Part shown: piece after piece, positions 18,500-29,269 of the stretch
Numbering within the stretch: the stretch's first letter is position 1
Layout of the letters: every line of letters starts with the position of its first letter
Origin: Candidatus Yanofskybacteria bacterium CG10_big_fil_rev_8_21_14_0_10_36_16
GTDB lineage: Bacteria > Patescibacteriota > Minisyncoccia > 2-02-FULL-40-12 > IGHO2-01-FULL-4-A
NCBI GenBank assembly: GCA_002794035.1
Contig: PCXQ01000004.1
Span: 17,842-81,841, forward strand
Length of the DNA stretch: 64,000 bases
Direction: 5' to 3'
The notes under the pieces: model-generated
What the model was told of the DNA's origin: nothing
Database searches by the model: none
What the model saw: the letters and a program-made list of their open reading frames with translations, nothing else
Translations under genes and position numbers: made by a program

Positions 18500-19549
18500 T
18501 TATTTCTTGGTTAGTATGGTTTCAAATGTTTGTTTTATACCTTCATAATTACCATCCTTTGGTAATAATTTATATACCCCGTCATCTACTATTTGATCTA
18601 AGAGATTTTCAGTTGATATCACGTAGGTTTCCGGCAATGATTCTGACATTGATTTCAGAAGATCTATCATATCCCCAATGTTTAATATGCTTATATCAGT
18701 GCGTAAATTATCTTTAAATTCAGAAATAATCCCAGAAAGTTTAATTGGGTTTAAGAGTGTGCCGATAGACAAAACTTTGTCTTTTGTGGCAAGCAATACT
18801 TGTTGTTGCCTGCGAGATCTATCAAAATCATTAGTTGAATAACGCGACCTAACATAATATAGGGCTTCCTGAGCTTCAAGGTGGTTTTCACCTTCCGGCA
18901 GATAAAATTCATAGCCCCATTGCTGGGTTTCTTTGAATTCTTTTTCAAGAGTTACATCGATACCTCCTACTTTATCTATTATACCTAAAAATCCTTCAAA
19001 ATCTAAGACTGCCATTTTGTCTATGTAAATTCCTGTTAAACGAGATATGGTTTCCTTTGTGTAATTAAAGGTATCACCTTTTGCCAGTCCTCGTTCATAA
19101 ACTTCATTTAGCTTACCTTCAAAGTCTCCCACTTTTATATATAAATCGCGAGGCAGTGATATAATGCTAACCGTTTTGTCTGATTTGTTTATGCTCAAAA
19201 CCTGGATGCTATCAGTTAAGAGGCCGCCATTTGCAAGATCTCCCTCTCCTCTTATGCCAAGCATTAAAATGTCTAAACGCTCCGATTCTTTTTCGGGTAG
19301 TGGGTTTAGGTCAGGCGTTGGCTCAGGTACTTTGCCGTTCACAAATGGAAGAACATTGGCTGCCCTTTTCCACCAAGGTTCTTTGTCGCTGTTGTCTACC
19401 ACTATAGTGTTGTAAGCAAGGCCCAATTTAAAAGTAATAAAACCCACAAGAATTATGGCTCCAACAAAAATCAAAACCTCCCTTCTTTTCCACCAAGGAG
19501 GGGGCATTTTAATATAATCTGGATTGTAGTTTATTGAAATTTTATCCAT
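18500..19549 (-). CDS. LytR-CpsA-Psr (LCP) family glycopolymer transferase
   Basis: ILMLG, TDSI, SLPRD, ID.VGGIDV, AL.YVRSR...DF.R..RQQ. Confidence 0.93.
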   Translation of the reverse strand: MDKISINYNPDYIKMPPPWWKRREVLIFVGAIILVGFITFKLGLAYNTIVVDNSDKEPWWKRAANVLPFVNGKVPEPTPDLNPLPEKESERLDILMLGIRGEGDLANGGLLTDSIQVLSINKSDKTVSIISLPRDLYIKVGDFEGKLNEVYERGLAKGDTFNYTKETISRLTGIYIDKMAVLDFEGFLGIIDKVGGIDVTLEKEFKETQQWGYEFYLPEGENHLEAQEALYYVRSRYSTNDFDRSRRQQQVLLATKDKVLSIGTLLNPIKLSGIISEFKDNLRTDISILNIGDMIDLLKSMSESLPETYVISTENLLDQIVDDGVYKLLPKDGNYEGIKQTFETILTKK

Positions 19550-19562
19550 GTTTAAAAAGGGT

Positions 19563-20615
19563 TTATTTAAACCATTTTCTTATATCTTTGGGAGTTATTT
19601 TTGCTTTCTTAATTACCTCCCTTCTTCTTTTTAACATTTTTGGTATACCCTTGACAATATGCGGCATTTCTAGGAACATCCAAGGTTCAAATATTAAGAA
19701 ATATGACCAAAGCATGATTTGTCTTTTTAATATGCGGGGTAAGTCGTGTAAAAAATTAGAGAGGTAGTCGTTTTTTATAACAGCAAAGAACCAATTTCTA
19801 TAATCTAACCTGCGCTTGAATTGGGGAATCGTTTTTCTTATTTTAATAAAATTTTTCAATTTGCCTCCAGCCAGAGTTTTTGTAGTTTGTCTATCGTGCC
19901 AAGCAATAACATTGGGTGCATAAATTTGTTTCCACCCGAACACGTTCATTCTCCATGCTAAATCTAAATCATCCCCATACCAAAAGAAGTCAGGATCAAT
20001 AATGTACCCATCTATCTTTATATTTTTTAAAGCTTCATGCCTAAATAAGGGCACAGCCCCTTCTACGCCAAAAATTTCGGTTGATTTGCTGTACTGTCCC
20101 TCGTCCTTTTCACCGTGTGCTATATTTACTGACCGTCTTGATTTGTAAATCTCAAAACCTAGCGTATCTATCGTGTTTGTTTTTTTGAGCTTTAGATTTC
20201 CACCCATCGTGATTGGCTCTGCTCTGTATATTTTTGCCTGTAGTGCGCCAATTTTATTATCAGCTTCTATTATCTCAATGGCATTTTTAATAAAGTTACT
20301 ATCAAGCAAAACATCTACTGAAAGCGCTATGATGTATTTTCCGTTACTTTTTTCAAGTAGCCATTCTTGTCCTGGCCACATTCCCAAATTTTCTTCTTTT
20401 TCAAATAAAGAAAATTTTGTAATACTCAAATCTTCATTTCCTGTCTTTAGGTTATTTATGATCTCCTTCGTGTTATCTGTTGAATTATTATCTAGGATAT
20501 TTAATTCAATTTTTTCGTGAGGATATGATTGCTTTAAAACTGAATCAAGACACCATGGTATATATTTTTCACCATTTCTAACCGCTATATTTATTGTTAC
20601 TAAAGGCTGTGCCAT
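19563..20615 (-). CDS. glycosyltransferase family 2
   Basis: CLDSV..QSY, DNNSTDNT, FFWYGDDLDLAWR. Confidence 0.9.
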   Translation of the reverse strand: MAQPLVTINIAVRNGEKYIPWCLDSVLKQSYPHEKIELNILDNNSTDNTKEIINNLKTGNEDLSITKFSLFEKEENLGMWPGQEWLLEKSNGKYIIALSVDVLLDSNFIKNAIEIIEADNKIGALQAKIYRAEPITMGGNLKLKKTNTIDTLGFEIYKSRRSVNIAHGEKDEGQYSKSTEIFGVEGAVPLFRHEALKNIKIDGYIIDPDFFWYGDDLDLAWRMNVFGWKQIYAPNVIAWHDRQTTKTLAGGKLKNFIKIRKTIPQFKRRLDYRNWFFAVIKNDYLSNFLHDLPRILKRQIMLWSYFLIFEPWMFLEMPHIVKGIPKMLKRRREVIKKAKITPKDIRKWFK

Positions 20616-20616
20616 T

Positions 20617-22227
20617 TTATATATTAAAAAATTTACTAAACCAATTTTTACCAGCACTGTTTGAATTATTAATACCTAGCGTTAATGCAACAATTGAGGA
20701 AAAAATAAGAAATGCTCTTTCATCAAACAGGACAATGTCTGTCATTAGATAAAGAAGTCCCCACATGACAAACAAAAGTGTTGAAGCAAAGTATGTTTTT
20801 ATAAACCAGTCAGATTCTTTTATGTAATTATTATACATTTTTACAAGCATTAAGAATAAGAATAAAAGCGATGCCATAAATGCAATCATGCCCATTTCAG
20901 CAAAAATATTTAAATATAAATTGTGGGCCGAAGATCCTGCTCTGGCTAGAGTTACATCCTGTTCTAGTACTACAGGAAAATTCCCGATGCCCACGCCTAA
21001 CCATGGACGTTTTTTTATTGACTCAAAAGTTTTTTGCCAAATTTCTAACCGTAAACTGTTTGAGGTTTCTCCAAAATCAATAATTGACCTAACCCTGTTG
21101 CTTAAAAGGTCTGAGTTGTCTTTGTTGAGTAAAAATTGAGGAGAGGCAAATATTGGATAAGCCACCATAAATAACAAAACGAAAATTAAAATATAAGATG
21201 ATAAATATTTAAATACATTTTTTTCATGCATATGGTTTCTTAAAAATATAGTAGCAAAAATAAAAGATCCTATTAACGTTGAAATGCCTGCCAGCCACAT
21301 TCCACGAGTTCCGCTTAATATTATTGCTAACAGTATTACTGGAACCCACAACACAAACCATTTGGCCCTGGTTTTAAATAATGCTTTAGTGCTGTGGCCT
21401 GTTTTGGATGTGGCCCTTGTTAAGGCGATTGCAAATATTGAAGGCAGACCAAAAAGTATAAATAAAGGGAAAGAATGAGAGTCGGGGAAAATAGAAAACA
21501 CTCTCAAAGATAGCTGTTCACCAAAATAGGCAAACCAAGTATTGCCAACCCATGATGCGATGTAGCACCATTCTTCACCAAATAGCTTGCACTCTATCCC
21601 CTCACCCCAAACACGCATAAACCCATAAATGTCCATTAAATAAGTCATGCTCAATTGAACGAACCCGAGTACTGTAACTATTATAGTCGGTATGGCCAAG
21701 TTTTTAATAATTCTTTGAGAATAATCTTTGTTTTTTAAAATTAAGGAATATAAAACTATCCCTACTAATGAAAGATTAATAAAGTAAATTACTCTTTTTA
21801 TTCCTGATGTTAAATCTTGTGTCTGGGTTAATGATAAGGTTGCCATAAAAAGCAAAAGACCAGATAAAAATATAAATTCATGTTTTGTTAAAAATCTAAT
21901 TGGTTTTTTGAAAAAATTAATAAACCCTGGCCACATATCTGCCAATCCACCCACAAAAAACCATTTTAAAAATATTACTGCAGAAAGTATCCGCCACATA
22001 TTAAATTGATCAAAACTTGGCGTTAATGGTATGGCCATAAAAAAAGGAATTGAGCGAACAAAATATGCACCCGAATCTTCAAGTGGAGCCCAGATAAAAT
22101 AAAAAACCAACCAAATGGTTAAAATAGTAACAATATCGCGCGATAAAACACCGGTTATTACTAAACCAAAAAGAACAAGATGAATAATAAAAATTGTATT
22201 TAGTAAGGAAGGTCTTTTGGTAGACAT
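20617..22227 (-). CDS. O-antigen ligase/Wzy-like membrane protein
   Basis: Polytopic; SGTRG.W, R..IW, P.LGVG.GNF, AHNLYL...AE.G. Confidence 0.88.
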   Translation of the reverse strand: MSTKRPSLLNTIFIIHLVLFGLVITGVLSRDIVTILTIWLVFYFIWAPLEDSGAYFVRSIPFFMAIPLTPSFDQFNMWRILSAVIFLKWFFVGGLADMWPGFINFFKKPIRFLTKHEFIFLSGLLLFMATLSLTQTQDLTSGIKRVIYFINLSLVGIVLYSLILKNKDYSQRIIKNLAIPTIIVTVLGFVQLSMTYLMDIYGFMRVWGEGIECKLFGEEWCYIASWVGNTWFAYFGEQLSLRVFSIFPDSHSFPLFILFGLPSIFAIALTRATSKTGHSTKALFKTRAKWFVLWVPVILLAIILSGTRGMWLAGISTLIGSFIFATIFLRNHMHEKNVFKYLSSYILIFVLLFMVAYPIFASPQFLLNKDNSDLLSNRVRSIIDFGETSNSLRLEIWQKTFESIKKRPWLGVGIGNFPVVLEQDVTLARAGSSAHNLYLNIFAEMGMIAFMASLLFLFLMLVKMYNNYIKESDWFIKTYFASTLLFVMWGLLYLMTDIVLFDERAFLIFSSIVALTLGINNSNSAGKNWFSKFFNI

Positions 22228-22286
22228 TTTATTATAAGTGATATATTGTATTAAGGGTTGTTTATTCTTTAACAAGGAGGCCTATC

Positions 22287-22475
22287 ATGTTTGGATTAGC
22301 CTTGGCAATTTTTCTATATGGAATAGTTTTTGAGTTACAAACTATTAATATAATAATGGGCAACCAGATAAATTATAGGCGTGCTGAAGCACTTTTTTGT
22401 GCTATAATTGTGGGGATTTTAGCTGAATTAGGTCTTCGTGCCGCTATTCAGGGTTGTTGTTGGCCAACTTTCTAA
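22287..22475 (+). CDS. small orphan membrane protein, antisense within the glycan cluster
   Basis: TAGACA-17-TATTGT (22221-22249), AAGGAGG SD, two hydrophobic segments. Confidence 0.5.
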   Translation: MFGLALAIFLYGIVFELQTINIIMGNQINYRRAEALFCAIIVGILAELGLRAAIQGCCWPTF

Positions 22476-23607
22476 ATATTTTCAAAGTTTTATCGGTGTG
22501 TTTTTCCCAAGCATACTTTTCTGTTATTTCTGGGGCAGCATTTATTATTTGCTGCCTTTTTTGTTTGTTTGTAAGGGATTCTTTTATTGCTTGTGTGATT
22601 TTATCTGAATCGGCAGGGAGTTTAACCTTAAAAGCATTTTGTCCGTATATTTCATCATTAAGCTTAACATCTGCCACTACAGGCACAGAACCTGCAGTTA
22701 GTGCTTCAAGTGTTGGTAAACCAAATGCTTCACTTGATGATATATAAACAAAGGATTTTGCATTTTGATAAAGCGCTATCAACTCATCTTCAGAGACGTA
22801 CTCTTTATATATTATAACTTCTTTTGCATGTTTTTTATTTATTTTTTCAACTAAACTTTTAATAAATGGCGCTTGTCCTGAGTTTACCGAAGGATATTTG
22901 TCTTTACCGATAGCTACTAATTTTAAATTAGGAAATTCCGATTGCAATTTATCAATTGCTAAAATGGTTTCCTTAAGATGTCTTCTTGGAAATGCTTGGG
23001 CAACAAATAATACAAAATCACCTTGAACGATAGACGGTTTCGTATTTTTTGGGGTTTTAAATTTTGATGCATCAACTCCTAATGGTGTGGCAAATATCTT
23101 TTTTGTTTTTATATCTGAATGGCTTCTTAATTCTTCAACTGCTGTTTCAGAAACACTATTTAGTGCTGTGGCGTGTTTAATGGCATGGCCTGTAAATATC
23201 TTATAGGCCAATCTATATTTAAAGGGCATACTAGTGCTGTGCATTTCTTTTAAAATATCAGGCGTTACAGTAACGATAGATTTGCCTTTAAAAATTAATG
23301 GAAGCATGTAGTTTGGGAAATACATCAAATCTAAATTTTCAAACCAAAGTTTTATGGGTAAATAAACGTAATAATATAAACTGAATGAAGAAGGAACAAG
23401 AAGCGGCTTAACTATTTTTTTAACAAAAATTGGATTTTTCAAATAAGAGTAATCTGGTATCTGAGATTTAAAATAAAGATAAAAACGGAACTCGTGAGAG
23501 AGTTCCGGCTTTTTAGATATCTCTTCAAGGAGTTTGCTTATTATTCTACCCACCCCCCATTGCTCACTATCTTCAATTGATTCGCATTCAATGCCTATTT
23601 TATACAT
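22444..23607 (-). CDS. glycosyltransferase family 4
   Basis: GVGR, LYQNA..FV..S..EAFGLP.LEA. Confidence 0.9.
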   Translation of the reverse strand: MYKIGIECESIEDSEQWGVGRIISKLLEEISKKPELSHEFRFYLYFKSQIPDYSYLKNPIFVKKIVKPLLVPSSFSLYYYVYLPIKLWFENLDLMYFPNYMLPLIFKGKSIVTVTPDILKEMHSTSMPFKYRLAYKIFTGHAIKHATALNSVSETAVEELRSHSDIKTKKIFATPLGVDASKFKTPKNTKPSIVQGDFVLFVAQAFPRRHLKETILAIDKLQSEFPNLKLVAIGKDKYPSVNSGQAPFIKSLVEKINKKHAKEVIIYKEYVSEDELIALYQNAKSFVYISSSEAFGLPTLEALTAGSVPVVADVKLNDEIYGQNAFKVKLPADSDKITQAIKESLTNKQKRQQIINAAPEITEKYAWEKHTDKTLKIFRKLANNNPE

Positions 23608-24485
23608 TAGATTTTGCCGAATCGGCCCATATAAAAATCAGTTACACCTTTTAAGATCATCCTCGAAACTTCACGTCTTTTTGGCACCAAGATGATCTTG
23701 GCTAGTTGTTTTAGAATAACATAAAATGACCAAAACGGCAATAATATTTTAGACCAAAAAGGCCCATTTTTAAAGTTAAAAAGGTGGGAGTTGCGATAAT
23801 GGTAATATAGGAGTATTGGAGAGCCGAGTTGTGATGTTGAAGATGAGACTTTGTGATCTACTATAGCAGTAGGTTCAATGCTAAGTTTAAAACCTGCCAT
23901 TTTAGCTCTTGCTGAAAAATCGGCATCTTCAAAATAAAGGAAATATTTTTCATCTAAAAAACCTATTTTTTCAAAAACTTCTTTTTTGATGAGCATGCTT
24001 GAGCCGATTATATAATCTACTTTTTGCATAGAGCTGTGGCTAAGTTCTGGTCTTAACCATTTAATCTTTCCTCCATAAACCGTTTTACCTCCCTCGTTTA
24101 TGGCTGGCCCAACTATTCCTATTTTAGAGTCAGATTCAGCTTTTTTAATTAATTTATCCAACAAATTTGGCTTAACAACTGTGTCTGGATTCAATATTAA
24201 AATATAATCAGCTCCTTGTTTTAGTGCGGTATTTATACCCACATTGTTACCACCAGAATAACCAATATTGTCTGAAAGTTTTGAGTAGGTGTATTTAGTG
24301 TTGGGCGTTTCATTTTTAAGGTATGATTCAATTTTGTTCTTGTGCACAGACCCTGATGCGTTATCTACAATAATGATATTAATGTTTTCGTTTTGTAATT
24401 CTTTTACACTTTCAAGGCAACAAATAGTGTCCCCCGAGTTATTAAATTGGAGTATGATTATAAAGCATTTAGGTAAATTAGTCAT
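23607..24485 (-). CDS. glycosyltransferase family 2 (rhamnosyltransferase-like)
   Basis: VDNAS, N.GYSGGNN.G, LNPDT, YFLYFEDADF. Confidence 0.9.
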   Translation of the reverse strand: MTNLPKCFIIILQFNNSGDTICCLESVKELQNENINIIIVDNASGSVHKNKIESYLKNETPNTKYTYSKLSDNIGYSGGNNVGINTALKQGADYILILNPDTVVKPNLLDKLIKKAESDSKIGIVGPAINEGGKTVYGGKIKWLRPELSHSSMQKVDYIIGSSMLIKKEVFEKIGFLDEKYFLYFEDADFSARAKMAGFKLSIEPTAIVDHKVSSSTSQLGSPILLYYHYRNSHLFNFKNGPFWSKILLPFWSFYVILKQLAKIILVPKRREVSRMILKGVTDFYMGRFGKI

Positions 24486-24500
24486 ATTAAGCAAGTTTGT

Positions 24501-25627
24501 TTAGGTTTGGACTGTTTGTTTTATGATGTTTAGTATGTGGTTTTTAAATATTTCTTGGGTAAAAATACTAGTGCTATTTTTAATTTCATCTGAATTATAA
24601 TTTTCAATATTTTTTTTCATAAGCATAGCATGGTATGCAAGTACATCGGGATGGGAATCATCAAAAAATTCACCATTTATCCCCTCTTTTATATATTCTA
24701 ACGCACCTCCTCGTCTTAATGCCAGTACTGGTTTGCCATAACTCATGGCTTCAATCGGAGTTATGCCAAAATCTTCTTCTTGTGGCATGACAAAAGCAAG
24801 ACAATTTTCATAATACTGAGACAGCTCATCATCAGGCACAAATCCTAATATCGTTACATTTTTTTCTGCTATTTTTTCAAGGCGTTTTTTCTCCGGACCG
24901 TTACCTATAACAACAAGAGGCCAGCCAAGCTTGCTAAATGCTTTTACAGCAATGTCTACATTTTTATGTTTGTATAAACGACTAACAATCAAAAAGTATT
25001 TTTCAGATACAGATGTTTTGTGGTTGGCCTTTGTTGTGCCATTTGTATAGGTCTTTATTGGAGGGTAAATTACGGAAGAGTCTTGCTGATAGTATTTTTT
25101 AATTCTTTTGCGGACATTTTCTGAATTGGCAATAAAATGATCAACCCTTAAAGAAGCATGCCTGTCCCAGATGCGCATAAAATGTTGGAGCAAGGACGCT
25201 GCCCACTTCGGAGTTATTTTAACTTCCTTTCTATATTCGGATTGCCAGTCCCACCATTGTCTCGTGGGGCTGTGGCAATAACAAATATGCGTTGTGTGCG
25301 GTCTTAAAATGAGACCCTTGCAAAAATATGCAGATGAAGAAATAACTAAATCAAACTCGCTTAAATCAAACGATTCAGCGGCAGAGGGCATTAGGGGCAA
25401 GAGCAATTTGTGGCTTCCGAGTCTTTTGTAATATTTTTGTAAAAAAGACGGCCGGATATCAGCGCCGGGTATAAATTTGCTAGTAAAATTTTCATCATGA
25501 AAAAAGGTGTAAATGGGTGAAGACGGAAAAATTTTATGAAATTCTTTGGCTACATTTTCTGCTCCGCCAACTCCCAAAAACCAATCATGAATTAGTGCAA
25601 TTTTGATAATTTTTAGCTTTCCAGCAT
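24501..25627 (-). CDS. glycosyltransferase family 4 with anomalous 5' end
   Basis: KIALIHDW..GVGGAE, CYCHSP.R, EDFGI.PIEAM..GKPV; ATG at 25627 is one base out of frame. Confidence 0.85.
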
Positions 25628-25684
25628 TACAACCCCTTAGATAATACTTGGGTTTTCCAAAAAGCTGATAGTTGGTAGCTATTT

Positions 25685-26692
25685 TTATCTTTTAGCCAAT
25701 ACATTTTTTTTATAAATGTTTAAATTTTGCAATACTACTCCTGTTCCTTTGGCAACACAAAACAAAGGATCATCCGCTATGTGTGCGGGTACGCCTGTTA
25801 CTGAAGTTACTAATTCGTCTATGTTTTTTAATAATGCACCGCCTCCGGAAATGGTAATTCCCTTTTCCATAATATCTGAACAAAGCTCAGGCGGTGTTTC
25901 ATGGAGAACATTTTTCACTGTTTGTATAATTTCTACCAATTGTTCTTGCATGGCATCCGTTATTTCATTTGTGGTTAGTTCTATTGTTTTTGGATATCCA
26001 CTAGCTAAATTTCTTCCTCTTACATTAAGGCGTTCCTGAGTTTCCTGTTTTACTGCACTTCCTATAGCTTTTTTGATAAGTTCGGCTGTTCTTTCACCAA
26101 TAGCCAACCCGTGTTTCTTTTTTACATAACTGACTATTGACTGGTCAATTTTGTTGCCTCCCACCCTAACTGAAGACCAGCTAACTATGCCCCCAAGGCT
26201 TATTACTGCAATCTCAGTCGTTCCACCTCCTATATTTAATATCATATTGCCTGAGGCGCTGTTTATGGGTATTTTTGCTCCTATAGCAGCCAATACGGGC
26301 TCTTTAACAAGATAAACCATCTTGGCGCCAGCATTTAAGGATGCCTCTATAACGGCCCTTCTTTCTGTTGAAGTAATCCCTGCAGGTACTGAAATTAAAA
26401 CCTCGGGCTTTAAAAAGGCCATATTGCCTATGGCTTTGTTTATAAAATACTTGAGCATTGCTTCGGTTATCCTATAATCGGCGATAGCACCTTCCTTTAA
26501 GGGACGTGACACCATAATGCTGTCAGGGGCTCTTCCTATCATGTTTTTGGCGTCATTCCCGACAGTCATTATTTTATTATCTACCACCGATATTGCCACA
26601 ACAGAGGGCTCATTAATTACGATTCCTTTGTTAGGTATATAAACAAGAGTATTGGTAGTACCCAAGTCTATTCCTATTTTTTTTATAAACAT
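25685..26692 (-). CDS. mreB: rod shape-determining protein MreB/Mbl
   Basis: GIDLGT.NT, EPSVVA, IGGGTTE.AVISLGG, GGGALL. Confidence 0.95.
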   Translation of the reverse strand: MFIKKIGIDLGTTNTLVYIPNKGIVINEPSVVAISVVDNKIMTVGNDAKNMIGRAPDSIMVSRPLKEGAIADYRITEAMLKYFINKAIGNMAFLKPEVLISVPAGITSTERRAVIEASLNAGAKMVYLVKEPVLAAIGAKIPINSASGNMILNIGGGTTEIAVISLGGIVSWSSVRVGGNKIDQSIVSYVKKKHGLAIGERTAELIKKAIGSAVKQETQERLNVRGRNLASGYPKTIELTTNEITDAMQEQLVEIIQTVKNVLHETPPELCSDIMEKGITISGGGALLKNIDELVTSVTGVPAHIADDPLFCVAKGTGVVLQNLNIYKKNVLAKR

Positions 26693-26789
26693 TTATGGGG
26701 TTGTGTATTCTGCTTTAAATATCACGTTATTGTTACCTAATTCAATATTAACAAATGTAGCTCATAATGGTATAGTGTATATTATAAGA

Positions 26790-28037
26790 ATGCAAAAAAA
26801 GACTCGTACAATTCTATTTTATTCATCTGTTATATTTTTCACCCTATTAAGCATAGTGGTTGTTTTGTATTCTCTTGGATATAAATACGATTTTATTGAT
26901 AATAAATTTGTTAAAACTGGATCTCTTAGGGTGGCCACTAACTTATCCAACGCAGAAGTTTATATTAATTCAGAGTTAAAAGGAAAAACATCTTTTATAA
27001 CAGGAAATTTTTCAAAAGGCAGATTTCTCCCCCGCATTTATAATGTCAGGGTTGAGAAAGAGGGATATCAAACATGGGAGAAAAACATTGATATTGAAAG
27101 AGGTTTATTTTCCGATTTCCCTGTTGTTGTACTCTTGCCTGATAAATTTGAAATCACAATTACCGCATCTTCTTCTTTGTCAGTTCCCTATTTTTCGTTT
27201 GATAAAAGTTTAAGACGTGCCTATCTTGAAGACGGAGTATCTGAGGATGGATTATCGGCAATAAGCGTCTTAGCTCTCGATAACGGTCAACTGGTTGATG
27301 TTTTTGAGGTGCCAAAAAAAGTTTTATCAGAAAATCCAATAGTCGCTGATGCCAAGTTTTATTATTTAAATGACAATAATTTAATGCAATTTGATCCAAA
27401 AAAAGAAACTTATATCATTTTATCTGAAACGGTTAAGTCTTTTTATGTTAGTCAGGAACATGCTTACTTTACTAAGTTTTCTGATAATACTCTCTATATA
27501 GTGAATACTAGCTCAGACCAAATTAAAAATTTACTTAATGATTTACAAAATGAAACTGATTTAATTATTAAAGCTGAGCAAGTTGGAAATGAATATTATC
27601 TGTTATTGAGCTTCTTAAATTCTAGCAATAAATTATTTAAATTTAATGAAAATGATTTGGAACCAGAAACAATAGCTAGTAACGTCCTTGGTTTTGAGGT
27701 TTCTCCAGACAGGAAAAAATTATCTTATTTTACCAGAAATGAGTTGTGGACGATCTGGCTTAATGACACAACATCACAACCTCTTAGGAAGGCAGGAGAA
27801 AAAGAACTAATAACTAGATATTCTCATGAAATTAAGAATGTTAAATGGTATAGAAACTCCGAACATTTAATTGTGCAAGTTGGAGGCGGACTAGTCTTTG
27901 TTGAAATAGATGGTCGTGGCAAGAAAAGAAATCAATACGACATAACATATTTTGATGGCATTTTTAATTATGAAGGCTCAAGCAATAACATGTGGATTTT
28001 TGGAGGAAAGGAGCTAGCTAATTTTAAACTGGAATAA
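26790..28037 (+). CDS. PEGA-domain membrane-anchored protein with beta-rich C-terminus
   Basis: TM-YS.GY...TG.L.V....A.VYIN...Y.V.VEK.GY..WEK. Confidence 0.75.
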   Translation: MQKKTRTILFYSSVIFFTLLSIVVVLYSLGYKYDFIDNKFVKTGSLRVATNLSNAEVYINSELKGKTSFITGNFSKGRFLPRIYNVRVEKEGYQTWEKNIDIERGLFSDFPVVVLLPDKFEITITASSSLSVPYFSFDKSLRRAYLEDGVSEDGLSAISVLALDNGQLVDVFEVPKKVLSENPIVADAKFYYLNDNNLMQFDPKKETYIILSETVKSFYVSQEHAYFTKFSDNTLYIVNTSSDQIKNLLNDLQNETDLIIKAEQVGNEYYLLLSFLNSSNKLFKFNENDLEPETIASNVLGFEVSPDRKKLSYFTRNELWTIWLNDTTSQPLRKAGEKELITRYSHEIKNVKWYRNSEHLIVQVGGGLVFVEIDGRGKKRNQYDITYFDGIFNYEGSSNNMWIFGGKELANFKLE

Positions 28038-28094
28038 ATTTTTTTAAATTAAAAACCCGACTTATTTTTTAAGGTCGGGTTTTAAATTAATTTT

Positions 28095-28511
28095 TTAAGC
28101 AACTCTTTCTGTTAAGGTCAGAGATTCACAGCATAGGGTATGTTTTGGAGCGGGTGACATATTAGATTTAAAATTTGGATCTTCTTTTAATTTATCCCAA
28201 AAATATTTAAGCGATGATTGGTTGGACCACAGAAGCATAGAACTCAAGACCTTATCCATTTTTACTGGATTTGTAGCAATTCCTTTCCAAATTTCTAACG
28301 AAGGCGATCTAAAAGAAAGAGGTTTGCCTACAAAAACTTTTGCCGCCTCAAGATTTTCAAAAACAAATAACAGGCCCAATTCTGGAGTTGTTATTTCGCT
28401 TGGAATATAAACAACCAAATGTTCATGTGCAATTGCAGACATTAAACTATCTCCCACTCTCGCAACAACTTTGTATACAATCTGCTCAGTAAGCTCAGTT
28501 TGGAGTCCCAT
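28095..28511 (-). CDS. orphan hypothetical protein
   Basis: 138-aa ORF between hairpins at 28051-28083 and 28595-28628; AAGGA upstream. Confidence 0.6.
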   Translation of the reverse strand: MGLQTELTEQIVYKVVARVGDSLMSAIAHEHLVVYIPSEITTPELGLLFVFENLEAAKVFVGKPLSFRSPSLEIWKGIATNPVKMDKVLSSMLLWSNQSSLKYFWDKLKEDPNFKSNMSPAPKHTLCCESLTLTERVA

Positions 28512-28635
28512 GTGTTTCCTTTATCTTTTTAATATTAAAAAACTAAAATCATATTATAATGAAATTTATTATTTATCAATTAAATTTTTATATTAAAAAA
28601 CATCCCGCTTTGATGGGATGTTTTTTTGATTGAGT

Positions 28636-29247
28636 TTATCTCTTTGACCACTGTGGGGATTTTCTTGCTTTCTTGAGGCCATATTTCTTTCGTTCTTTTA
28701 CCCTTGAGTCAACAGTGATGTATCCTGCTCGTTTTAGTTTTTTAGAAAAATTATTATCAAACTTTATTAATGCTCGTGCTATACCTAGCCTACATGCATC
28801 TGCTTGACCGCTTGTACCGCCACCTTTAACAAGAATATTGGCCTTAAATCTGTTTAGAGATTTTAATTTTTTTAAAGGCGATTCAACTATTTCAATTAAG
28901 TAATCTTTAGGGAAATATTCCGAATGAAGTTTTTCATTCACTGTTATCATTGCAACATCTTCTCCATCTTGTTTATCTACTGATTTTTTTGTATATAACC
29001 TAACTCTAGCAACAGATTGCTTGCGCCTCCCAACTGATTCATAGTATTTTTCTATTGCTGATGCAGACTTCTTTGTTTCTGATTCTTCTTCAGATTCTTT
29101 TGGTGTTGTTTCAGATTTTGCTTTTGGTTTTTCTTCCTTTTTTGTGGTCTTTTTAGCTTTTTGAACCTTAACAGAATCGGCATCTTTTTTTGGTGTTGTT
29201 TCAGATTTTGCTTTTGGTTTTTCTTCCTTTTTTGTTTTTGTAGCCAT
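28636..29247 (-). CDS. rpsI: 30S ribosomal protein S9 with charged N-terminal extension
   Basis: GRRK.SVARV, GGG.SGQA, D.R.KERKKYG..KARK.PQWSKR. Confidence 0.96.
   Translation of the reverse strand: MATKTKKEEKPKAKSETTPKKDADSVKVQKAKKTTKKEEKPKAKSETTPKESEEESETKKSASAIEKYYESVGRRKQSVARVRLYTKKSVDKQDGEDVAMITVNEKLHSEYFPKDYLIEIVESPLKKLKSLNRFKANILVKGGGTSGQADACRLGIARALIKFDNNFSKKLKRAGYITVDSRVKERKKYGLKKARKSPQWSKR
29098..29235. repeat. 48-bp exact direct repeat within rpsI (29098-29145, 29188-29235)
   Basis: Encodes TKKEEKPKAKSETTPK twice. Confidence 0.9.
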
Positions 29248-29269
29248 TTTAGTTATTTTTTAATTAGGT

